DNA of 64,000 nt, from the NCBI GenBank assembly GCA_043744375.1, contig JAYTUU010000052.1:1450-65449 (forward strand), given 5' to 3'. The position numbers and the translations under genes were made by a program. This document shows, in pieces, positions 18,425 to 25,805 of this stretch; the first letter of the stretch is position 1; each line of letters starts with the position of its first letter. The notes under the pieces were generated by a model. It searched no databases, had not been told where the DNA came from, and saw only the letters and a program-made list of their open reading frames with translations. Origin of the DNA: Rhodospirillales bacterium (GTDB taxonomy: Bacteria > Pseudomonadota > Alphaproteobacteria > Acetobacterales > Acetobacteraceae).

Positions 18425-19392
18425 GGTCGGCTCCTGGATTTTCGGGAGAATGCGGCAGTCCGGAGGGATCGACCAGGGGATATTTATTACGAATTAGTAA
18501 CAAAATGCTCGTGCATCTGCGGCTGGTGCGGCATTCCCGGGAGGCGGCGCCGGGGGTGGCCAGGGCGGTGGGCGCAGGAGAGCGGGCGGCGTGGCCGGCC
18601 GGGGCGCGTTGGGCGGGTTGGTGAATGGATGCCGGGCATGCGGCGCGAGGTCGGCGGGGGTGTGCGCCGGCGGCTGGTCCGGCGACTGGTCCGGCTGTGC
18701 CATGCGTGCGGTGCGCGGGGCGCTCGGCGGGTTGGGTTGGCGCGCGGGCCGGTTGGCGGGCGGCGTGCGGGGTTGGCTGTCCTGGCACGGGCGGTTGGGC
18801 AAGGCGGGCGGCAGGCCGGCGGTCTGGAAGAAAGCCAGCAGGTGGGCGAGGCCATCGCGCAGATGGCCGATTCGCCGCCAAACTGGCCCGGCCCAGGCGC
18901 CGAACAGACGCTGGCGCAGGGCGAGCAACGGCGTGGCGGGGGCCAGCATTGCATCCAGGCACAGGATGATCGCCTCCAGCACACGACACAGAGCCGCCGC
19001 GTCGGAGGCGCCAGGCCGGGGTTGGGGGGGAGCAATGTTCATATTGTGTTCCTAGCAAACCGCTACGCCGGACGCAAGGAAATTTTTCCTCTAAGCGCTA
19101 TTTTTTCCGTGGTGCGATGCGGGAGAAGCGGACGCCGAGACTGATACTGGCCGAACCGCCGGCGATGGGGGCGGTGAAGGATCGCGACGCCGGGTGCGGG
19201 CACGCTGCCGCCAGTGAGCGCGGCGCCCCCGCGCGCGCCGGGCTGGGGGAGCGGCATGGGCAGGCAGTTGCGGGGGGCGACGAGTGCGACGGCGATGCAG
19301 CAGGCGCTTTGCACCGCCTGGGCATGCGCGGGCGCCTTCGAGCGGGATGGGCAGAGAGTGGACAGCCGTATCGACGAGACAGCTTCGAATGC
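18340..19392. repeat. R1: ~1.05-kb direct repeat, paralogous to R2 at 57486..58567
   Basis: By-eye alignment shows long identical runs in the same orientation, e.g. GGCGGCGTGCGGGGTTGGCTGTCCTGGCACGGGCGGTTGGGCAAGGCGGGCGGC and CATATTGTGTTCCTAGCAAACCG. Left boundary is approximate (+/-15 nt). Confidence 0.9.
18494..19042 (-). CDS. Hypothetical protein: ~80-aa helical N-terminal domain plus a long proline-rich tail (paralogue at 58194)
   Basis: MNIAPPQPRPGASDAAALCRVLEAIILCLDAMLAPATPLLALRQRLFGAWAGPVWRRIGHLRDGLAHLLAFFQ...; the frame is kept in both R copies despite indels. I recognise no family. Confidence 0.45.
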   Translation of the reverse strand: MNIAPPQPRPGASDAAALCRVLEAIILCLDAMLAPATPLLALRQRLFGAWAGPVWRRIGHLRDGLAHLLAFFQTAGLPPALPNRPCQDSQPRTPPANRPARQPNPPSAPRTARMAQPDQSPDQPPAHTPADLAPHARHPFTNPPNAPRPATPPALLRPPPWPPPAPPPGNAAPAADARAFCY

Positions 19393-19720
19393 TTGAGAGT
19401 CCGTCCGGAAACTCCTTCAACGATTGCATAATCTCCGGGTCATGAGCCGGATCGACGCAAGCTTGAGGAATGACAGCGCATTTCGTGTCCGGTTCTCGAA
19501 ATCCTTGGCCAAACGCCGGCACCGGCCGAGCCACGCGAACGTCCGTTCGACCACCCAACGGCGTGGCAAAACGACGAAGCCTTGAGCCGCGTCTGAGCGC
19601 TTGATGATCTCGACCTGCATTTGCGTCAGGAGCTGCGCCACACCTTGCTCGAAGATCGGCCCCTGGTAGCCACCATCGGCAAATACCTTGCGCAGAAACG
19701 GGTAGAGGCCGAACAGCGCA
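19393..19720 (-). mobile_element. IS5-family transposase gene, 3' fragment only (truncated)
   Basis: C-terminal sequence ...ALFGLYPFLRKVFADGGYQGPIFEQGVAQLLTQMQVEIIKRSDAAQGFVVLPRRWVVERTFAWLGRCRRLAKDFENRTRNALSFLKLASIRLMTRRL (stop at 19417). The upstream part of the track ORF is junk. Confidence 0.8.
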
Positions 19721-19743
19721 GTATTATGTAGCAACCGCCACCA
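19721..19743. repeat. 23-bp inverted repeat, left copy (partner 21755..21777)
   Basis: GTATTATGTAGCAACCGCCACCA; its exact reverse complement occurs at 21755-21777. Confidence 0.9.
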
Positions 19744-19787
19744 CGGAGCGGAAGCGGAGTGCCCGGCCTTCGGGGTAGCCTCCGGGC

Positions 19788-20222
19788 ATGAAGATCGCCA
19801 TGAACGCCCTGCGGCGCAAGCACGCCATGCTCCTCGGCCAGATCGAAGCCGCCGAGCGTGCGATTGAACCGCTCCGCGCCAAGTTCGTGCTGGCAGACGC
19901 CACCATGCTCCTGTTCGAGCCCGACGCCGAGCCAATCCTGATCCCAGGCGTGCGGCCAATCAAGCGCTGCCAATGGTTCAAGCATGGCGAACAGAAGCGG
20001 CTTTGTGTCCGCGCCCTGCGCGAGGCTGACGCGCCCCGGACTACCACCCAGGTTGCCCGCTACGTCATGGCGGCGAAGAAGCTGCCCGAGGATGGGTTGC
20101 CGAGCCTGGGTGTCATCCGCCGGCAGGTTCGCATCGTCATGTGCCGCATGGAGAAACTGCGGGCCATTCGGCGGATCGTGGAGGCGCCGGATACGTGGTG
20201 GGAGTTGGCGGGTGGAGATTAG
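19788..20222 (+). CDS. Hypothetical 144-aa protein (N-terminal coiled-coil-like segment, basic C-terminal half)
   Basis: GC3-rich codon usage: MKIAMNALRRKHAMLLGQIEAAERAIEPLRAKFVLADATMLLFEPDAEP...RRQVRIVMCRMEKLRAIRRIVE. Followed by hairpin GGCTACGGCGACGTAGCC. Confidence 0.6.
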   Translation: MKIAMNALRRKHAMLLGQIEAAERAIEPLRAKFVLADATMLLFEPDAEPILIPGVRPIKRCQWFKHGEQKRLCVRALREADAPRTTTQVARYVMAAKKLPEDGLPSLGVIRRQVRIVMCRMEKLRAIRRIVEAPDTWWELAGGD

Positions 20223-20547
20223 TAGCCTCGGCTACGGCGACGTAGCCGTAGTCCGAGATGGAGACACAAGCTCAGCAGTTGCCGATCACGAAAATGTCAT
20301 ATATAAAATTGACCGATTCAAAACAACGGGTTGTCACGATTCCCCATGCCTTAGCCCCAGATTTTGATTCCCTACTTGCGATTCGAACTTGCAGATTCGT
20401 ACAAGGCAAGTGGAACCGGACGGTTTTGGATGGGAGCCTTGACACTTTCGCGGGACGCTGTAATCGACACCGTCCCCAAATATAGGGGTGAATACCAAGT
20501 TTGCACCCCGATCGCTGGTTCGCCAGCCACAGGGAGAGGATAGAGTT

Positions 20548-20784
20548 ATGTCGCACCAAAAAACCAGCGTCCGTGGTCGTGAAGACCCGGGAGGGAAAAG
20601 CGCGGTCGATTCGGCTTTCAATTGGGAGCATCTAATCAAGCAGGTCGTTGCTCGCTTTGCTCGCGGCAACATCTCCGCTCAAAATGCACGCATCCTTCTC
20701 CCGGCCGAGCAGGCGAGCGAGAACGCTTTGGCTAGGCGCATTGCGCGGAAATGGAAAGCACGCGGCGAGCGGAAGGCGGCTTAA
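20548..20784 (+). CDS. Hypothetical small protein in the AT-rich segment
   Basis: ATG 20548 preceded by GGGAGAGGA; MSHQKTSVRGREDPGGKSAVDSAFNWEHLIKQVVARFARGNISAQNARILLPAEQ... The track ORF starts at 20488. May be the front half of a frameshifted gene with 20751..21482. Confidence 0.35.
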   Translation: MSHQKTSVRGREDPGGKSAVDSAFNWEHLIKQVVARFARGNISAQNARILLPAEQASENALARRIARKWKARGERKAA

Positions 20785-21482
20785 TACTACGAGTGGCGAT
20801 TAGAACGGCGTGCGCTGGGGACGAATCTGTGATAGATGACAGTGAAGTGGAGGCGGCCTTTCGCCTGCTCATCCAAGAGTGGAACGTTGCGGAGCGCCGC
20901 ATCAAGAAGGCTGAGCATGTTCGCGCCGGTGAAGTTGTGGCGTCCGCGATTTTTGAGCTTCGCTATGCGGGTCGGAAGGTTATGGATGCCGTCCAAATTC
21001 TTCTCTCGGGTGATTGGAAAACGAATGAAGAGCGCCGCCGGCTCGTTCTGACATATTTGGCCGACGCCACTGAAGATTGCGTCAAGGCTAAGCATGACGC
21101 GATAGACTCTATGCTGGATTTCAGCACAAGGTGGTTTTACGAGACCGAAAGAATATTGAGTCTGGGTAGCTTAGTGAAATTTTTCCCCGATTACGTGAAT
21201 ATCACATCGGAAATCAGCGAAATACAAGAAAATATTGCGGCGTCTAGAGAGAATAGAATTGATTCACGCGATGGAATTTATGACGATATAGAATCGACAA
21301 AATTAGAAAGTATTCTAAGTCTTTTTCAGAACATGCGAAACTCCCATAAAAGAGTAACAGCGGCGGTTCGTAAAGAGCGTTGTGTTGAGAGATTTCTGAT
21401 CTGGTGCGCTATAATTGGTACAGTTTTGGGGGTTGTGGGAATTGCGGCGGCCTATTGGATGTGGAAGCATCCTATTTCATAG
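20751..21482 (+). CDS. Hypothetical helical protein with one C-terminal transmembrane helix (AT-rich, foreign codon usage)
   Basis: ...EVVASAIFELRYAGRKVMDAVQILL...ADATEDCVKAKHDAIDSMLDF...; C-terminal FLIWCAIIGTVLGVVGIAAAYWMW. Start uncertain (ATG 20751 or GTG 20793). Confidence 0.55.
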   Translation: MESTRRAEGGLILRVAIRTACAGDESVIDDSEVEAAFRLLIQEWNVAERRIKKAEHVRAGEVVASAIFELRYAGRKVMDAVQILLSGDWKTNEERRRLVLTYLADATEDCVKAKHDAIDSMLDFSTRWFYETERILSLGSLVKFFPDYVNITSEISEIQENIAASRENRIDSRDGIYDDIESTKLESILSLFQNMRNSHKRVTAAVRKERCVERFLIWCAIIGTVLGVVGIAAAYWMWKHPIS

Positions 21483-21524
21483 CTAATATTCATTACGACG
21501 TTAAGCCGCCTTCTGCGCCCGTTG

Positions 21525-21754
21525 TCAGTAGCCTGACCGATCCACGCTCGGCCGGCTGGCCATCGCCAAGGCGACGACGTTGCGAACCTGCGTCCCGTTG
21601 GGCACGCGGCGGTTGTCCTCGCGCCACGAGGCTTCCTGCGCATAGCGGATCAAGTAGCTGCCCGCGATGTGGTGATGATGCCCGATCTCGGCCCGGCGCA
21701 TCCGGCTAAAGAATTCTTCGGCGCCGTTGGTGTAGACGCCCGTCGATTTCCCTA
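21525..21754 (-). mobile_element. IS1595-family-type transposase gene, C-terminal fragment (truncated)
   Basis: My minus-strand translation: ...GKSTGVYTNGAEEFFSRMRRAEIGHHHHIAGSYLIRYAQEASWREDNRRVPNGTQVRNVVALAMASRPSVDRSGY*. Below the track's ORF size cutoff. Family call is from memory of similar transposase C-termini. Confidence 0.65.
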
Positions 21755-21777
21755 TGGTGGCGGTTGCTACATAATAC
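21755..21777. repeat. 23-bp inverted repeat, right copy (partner 19721..19743)
   Basis: TGGTGGCGGTTGCTACATAATAC, the exact reverse complement of 19721-19743. Confidence 0.9.
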
Positions 21778-21779
21778 CG

Positions 21780-21892
21780 GAACAGGGCAGATTTCCTGAC
21801 CTAATGGGATAGAGCTACCTCAGGGCGGCTGCCCTCGGGACTCCGCAGCCAAACGGATAGACGTTTTTTGGTTCTTTTTTTCAAAAAAGAAC
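21780..21892. repeat. A1: ~110-bp double-palindrome repeat (copies A2 59645..59783, A3 60654..60757)
   Basis: GAACAGGGCAGATTTCCTGACCTAATG...ACCTCAGGGCGGCTGCCCTCGGGACTCCGCAGCCAAAC...TTTTTTGGTTCTTTTTTTCAAAAAAGAAC. Confidence 0.85.
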
Positions 21893-22024
21893 AGCGCTTC
21901 TTTTTGTCGAGGGCCAACGCGCATGGCGCCGGGCACCCTGGAAGCCGCATCCGGAGTGCTGTAGGAAGTGGTGGATGTTCCATTGTCGTTTGATGATTAT
22001 GTATCAGCATAATCCGATTTTATC

Positions 22025-22756
22025 ATGACCGAAGCCGGCGAGCGCATCGCCAAGTGGCTCGCGCGCGCCGGTGTGGCCAGCCGGCGGGATGCGGAGAAGC
22101 TGATCGGCGAAGGGCGGGTCAAGCTCAACAACGCGCTGGTCACCCACCCCGCCACCTTCATCACCGAGGGTGATCTGGTGACGGTGAACGGCACCCTCGT
22201 CGCCCCCACGGCGGCCGAGAAGCGTACGCGGCTGTTTCGCTACCACAAGCCGCCCGGCCTCATGGTCACCCACAAGGACCCCGAGGGCCGGCCGACCGTG
22301 TTCGACCAGTTGCCCAAGCACCTGCCCCGTCTCGTCAGCGTCGGCCGGCTTGACCTCAACAGCGAAGGGCTGCTGCTGCTGACCAATGACGGCGCGTTGG
22401 CGCGCCATCTCGAACTCCCCGCCACCGCCTGGCTGCGGCGCTATCGTGCGCGTGCTTTCGGCGAGGTGGATCAGGCGGCGCTGTCGGCCCTGGCCAAGGG
22501 CATCACCGTCGATGGCGAGCGCTACGGCCCGATCGAAGCGGCGTTGGACAGCCGCAAGGGCGACAACCTCTGGATTACCGTGGCCCTGAAAGAGGGACGC
22601 AACCGGGAAGTCCGAAAGGTTCTTGCCCATCTCGGCCTGAAGGTTTCGCGTCTCATTCGTGTCGCCTATGGGCCGTTCCAGCTTGGTCTGCTGCCGAAGA
22701 ACAACATCGAGGAAGTGCCGGCCAAGGTTTTGCGGGAGCAGGTGAAGTTCCCGTGA
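22025..22756 (+). CDS. rluB: 23S rRNA pseudouridine synthase, RluB type (S4 domain plus RsuA/RluB catalytic domain)
   Basis: ERIAKWLARAGVASRRDAEKLIGEGRVKLN and GRLDLNSEGLLLLTNDGALARHLELP motifs. Confidence 0.88.
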   Translation: MTEAGERIAKWLARAGVASRRDAEKLIGEGRVKLNNALVTHPATFITEGDLVTVNGTLVAPTAAEKRTRLFRYHKPPGLMVTHKDPEGRPTVFDQLPKHLPRLVSVGRLDLNSEGLLLLTNDGALARHLELPATAWLRRYRARAFGEVDQAALSALAKGITVDGERYGPIEAALDSRKGDNLWITVALKEGRNREVRKVLAHLGLKVSRLIRVAYGPFQLGLLPKNNIEEVPAKVLREQVKFP

Positions 22757-23307
22757 GGATCATTTCCGGCCGCTGGCGTGGCCGGACGCTTCTCTCTCCC
22801 GCGGGCGCCGCCACCCGCCCCACCGCCGATCGGGTACGGCAGGCACTATTCGACATGATCGCCCATGCCCCCTGGGGCGGAGTTCCGGGAAAAACAGTGC
22901 TCGACGCTTTCGCGGGCACCGGCGCGCTCGGGTTGGAGGCGCTGTCACGCGGCGCCGCGCATGCGTGGTTCATCGAGCAGGACCGCGCTGCCCTGGCCGC
23001 CCTGCGCGCCAATATTTCGTCCGTTGCAGCCGGCAACGCCACCGTGCTCGCGGGTGACGCGACCCGCCCACCACGTGCGCCGGCGCCGTGCGATCTGGTG
23101 TTTCTTGACCCGCCTTACGGCAGGGATCTCGGCCCGCGCGCGGTCGCGGCGCTCGATGAAGCCGGCTGGATCGCGGCGGACGCCGTCATCGTGCTCGAAC
23201 TCGGCCGCGACGAGGCACTGCCGGAACTGGGCCAAATGCTCGCGGACCGCGCGTACGGCGCGGCGCGGATCACCGTTTGGCGGCCGAGCCTATTGCGGAA
23301 AGACTGA
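22753..23307 (+). CDS. rsmD: 16S rRNA (guanine966-N2)-methyltransferase
   Basis: MRIISGRWRGRTLLSPAGAATRPTADRVRQALFDMI, LDAFAGTGALGLEALSRGA, DLVFLDPPY motifs. Confidence 0.9.
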   Translation: MRIISGRWRGRTLLSPAGAATRPTADRVRQALFDMIAHAPWGGVPGKTVLDAFAGTGALGLEALSRGAAHAWFIEQDRAALAALRANISSVAAGNATVLAGDATRPPRAPAPCDLVFLDPPYGRDLGPRAVAALDEAGWIAADAVIVLELGRDEALPELGQMLADRAYGAARITVWRPSLLRKD

Positions 23308-24016
23308 AGATCCGGCCCCAGCCGGTCACGCGAGCCGGATCGACGCCGGCCAGGATCAGCGATTTCCACACCACCGTGGCGATGGAATCGAGCACGAGCA
23401 CCCCAAGCTCTACCTCCAACGCCGCCGCCAGCTTCGCCGCCCGCAGATTGGTGCAGACGATGGCGATGGCATCCGGCCGCGCTGCCGCCACCTCCCGCGT
23501 CATCGCCGCGATCTGCGCGTCGCTGACCTCCGAGAAGGAAAAATTATCGCGCACGCCGAGATGGCGTTCGGCCGCGCACTCCATGCCGAGCCCGGCGTAG
23601 TTGGCGACGATGCGGGCCTGCACGTCGTCCGTGTAGGGCGTCACCAGCCCCATCCTGCGGGCGCCGAGGCTGGCCAGGATCTCGTTCAGCGCCAGCATCG
23701 AGGTGGTCGCCCGGATGCCCGTCGCTGCGGTGATGCGGGCGCATAGCCGGACATCGGCGTCGAACCCCAGCCAGCCCGCCGAGGTGCCGCTCCAGCCGAT
23801 CACGTCCACCTTGGCATGCGCCAGCAACTCGGCGGCGCGCAGGATGGCGCTATCGTCGAACTGCCCGAGGGCGCGGTCGCTGAGCGCGATCTCGGTGACC
23901 GCGAAACGCGAGAAATGCGCCGACACCTCGGGCACCCCCGCGATCATCGCCGTCGTCACCGGCTCCAGCACGGTGTTGGAGCTTGGGGTGAGCATGCCCA
24001 GCCGGATTGAACCCAT
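23270..24016 (-). CDS. Asp/Glu/hydantoin racemase-superfamily protein (maleate isomerase / arylmalonate decarboxylase-like)
   Basis: MGSIRLGMLTPSSNTVLEP..., GLVTPYTDDV, AIVCTNLRAA. Start ATG 24016. The 3' end overlaps the convergent rsmD by 38 nt. Confidence 0.7.
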   Translation of the reverse strand: MGSIRLGMLTPSSNTVLEPVTTAMIAGVPEVSAHFSRFAVTEIALSDRALGQFDDSAILRAAELLAHAKVDVIGWSGTSAGWLGFDADVRLCARITAATGIRATTSMLALNEILASLGARRMGLVTPYTDDVQARIVANYAGLGMECAAERHLGVRDNFSFSEVSDAQIAAMTREVAAARPDAIAIVCTNLRAAKLAAALEVELGVLVLDSIATVVWKSLILAGVDPARVTGWGRIFSLSAIGSAAKR

Positions 24017-24017
24017 G

Positions 24018-25805
24018 TCAGCGCCTTCCGAACAGCCGTTCGATCTCGGCCTTGCTAAGTTTGAGGAACGTCGGACGGCCATGACTGCATGTGGCCGCGC
24101 GCGGGGTGGCCTCCATCTGGCGCAGCAGCGCGTCCATCTCGGGTGCCGCCAGACGCCGCCCGGCCCGGATCGAGCCGTGGCAGGCCATGCGGGCTATGAC
24201 TGCGTCGAGCTTTGCGTCGAGCGCCGTGGTCTCGTCCATTTCGGCCAGTTCATCGGCGAGATCGCGCAGCAGCGGCGCGGGGTCGGGGGCACCGAGCGCG
24301 GCCGGCAGCGTGCGCACCAGGATGGCACCGGCGCCGAACGCCTCGATCTCCAGGCCGAGCCGCGCCAGATCGGCGGTGCGATCGAGCAGCCGGTCCACAT
24401 CGGCGCGCGGCAGATCGACGACGGCTGGCAGCAGCAGCGCCTGTGTGCGGACGGTACCGCCGAGCACCTGCTCGCGCAGCGCCTCGTGGGTGAGCCGCTC
24501 ATGGGCAGCATGCTGGTCCACCAGGACCAGGCTGCCATCGGCGGCGACCGCGATGATGTAGGTGTCCAGCACCTGGGCGACCGGGGCACCGAGTGGGAAG
24601 GCCATGTTCGGGATCGCGGCAGTGTGCGCGGTGAACGGGCCGTGGAAGCGGTCGGGGGCCGCGAGCATGCGGGCGGCCGGCGCACCGAGCGGCAGCCGCG
24701 CCTCGGCCATCCCGGTCGGTTGACTGGTCGTCACCGCATGGCCTCTCGGCACCAGCCGCAAGGGCGGACGGGACTGCATCAGGTGGGCCCCGAGCACCAA
24801 AGGCGCCGCCGCCCCGGCGCCGCCGGACAAGGCCCGCCCTAGTCCACCGATGACCAGGGAGCGCACCCCGTCGGCGTCGCGAAAGCGCACCTCGGCCTTG
24901 GCGGGATGCACGTTCACGTCCACCTCGTCGGCCGGCAGATCGAGGAACACGGCAACGATGGCGTGGCGGCCATGGGCGATGACGTCGCGATAGGCGACCC
25001 GCACGGCGGTGCGCAGCAGCGGGTCGGCGACCGGGCGGCCATTGACGATCAGCGTCTGCAACGCGGTGGTCGCGCGGCTCACCATCGGGGCGCAGGCGAA
25101 GCCAGTCAAATGCAGGCTGCCGCGCATGGCGTCCACCGGCAGCAACGCGGTGGCGGCCTCGGGGCCGAGCAGGGCGGCGACGCGTGCCTCGCGGGATTGG
25201 GCCGGCAGGTCGAAGGACACGCGGCCGTCGCTCTCGAAGCGGAAGGCGGTGGCGGGGGCCGCGAGGGCTAGGCGGCGGATGGCGATTTCGGTGGCGTCGG
25301 CCTCGCTGCGGGCGGATTTGAGGAATTTGCGTCGGGCGGGGGTGGCGTAGAACAGGTCTCGCACGACCACCCGGGTGCCTTTGGCGCCGGCGGCCGGGCT
25401 GACCCCGCTGACCACGCCGCCCTCGACGGTGATGGCGACGGCGTGCTCGGCCTCCGCCGTGCGGCTGGTGATGGACAGGCGGGCGGCGGCGCCGATCGAG
25501 GGCAGCGCCTCGCCGCGGAAGCCGAGGGTGGAGATACGGACCAGCTGATCGTCGGTCAGTTTGGAGGTCGCGTGGCGTTGGATGGCGAGGGCCAGTTCAT
25601 CGCTGGTCATGCCGGTGCCGTCATCGGCGATCTCGATGCGCTCGATGCCGCCGCCGGCGATGGCGACGCTGATGCGCCGCGCCCCCGCATCGAGCGCGTT
25701 CTCCACCAGTTCGCGCGCCGCGGCGGCCGGCCGTTCGATCACCTCGCCCGCCGCGATCCGGTTGACGGTCGCCTCTGACAGAAGCCGGATGCGGCCAGCT
25801 TGCAC
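24018..25805 (-). CDS. mutL: DNA mismatch repair protein MutL
   Basis: IRLLSEATVNRIAAGEVIERPAAAARELVENALDAGA, GFRGEALPSI, C-terminal CHGSIRAGRRL...HGRPT. GTG start. Confidence 0.95.
   Translation of the reverse strand: MQAGRIRLLSEATVNRIAAGEVIERPAAAARELVENALDAGARRISVAIAGGGIERIEIADDGTGMTSDELALAIQRHATSKLTDDQLVRISTLGFRGEALPSIGAAARLSITSRTAEAEHAVAITVEGGVVSGVSPAAGAKGTRVVVRDLFYATPARRKFLKSARSEADATEIAIRRLALAAPATAFRFESDGRVSFDLPAQSREARVAALLGPEAATALLPVDAMRGSLHLTGFACAPMVSRATTALQTLIVNGRPVADPLLRTAVRVAYRDVIAHGRHAIVAVFLDLPADEVDVNVHPAKAEVRFRDADGVRSLVIGGLGRALSGGAGAAAPLVLGAHLMQSRPPLRLVPRGHAVTTSQPTGMAEARLPLGAPAARMLAAPDRFHGPFTAHTAAIPNMAFPLGAPVAQVLDTYIIAVAADGSLVLVDQHAAHERLTHEALREQVLGGTVRTQALLLPAVVDLPRADVDRLLDRTADLARLGLEIEAFGAGAILVRTLPAALGAPDPAPLLRDLADELAEMDETTALDAKLDAVIARMACHGSIRAGRRLAAPEMDALLRQMEATPRAATCSHGRPTFLKLSKAEIERLFGRR

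Noticed and set aside
19043-19392. Cobalamin-riboswitch-like strings in the R leader (GGTGCAAAGCGCC, GCCCCCCGCAACTGCC, GCTCACTGG on the minus strand; GGCGGTGAAGGATCG on the plus strand)
   Set aside because: The pieces lie on different strands or in the wrong order and spacing. No GGGAAGGC element or AGCCAGGAGACCTGCC-type B12 box is present. Only a covariance-model search could revive the idea.
18340-19392. R1/R2 as template/variable repeats of a diversity-generating retroelement
   Set aside because: The window has no reverse transcriptase. The repeats are ~1 kb, much longer than the ~100-150 bp expected, and the differences include indels and are not confined to adenine positions.
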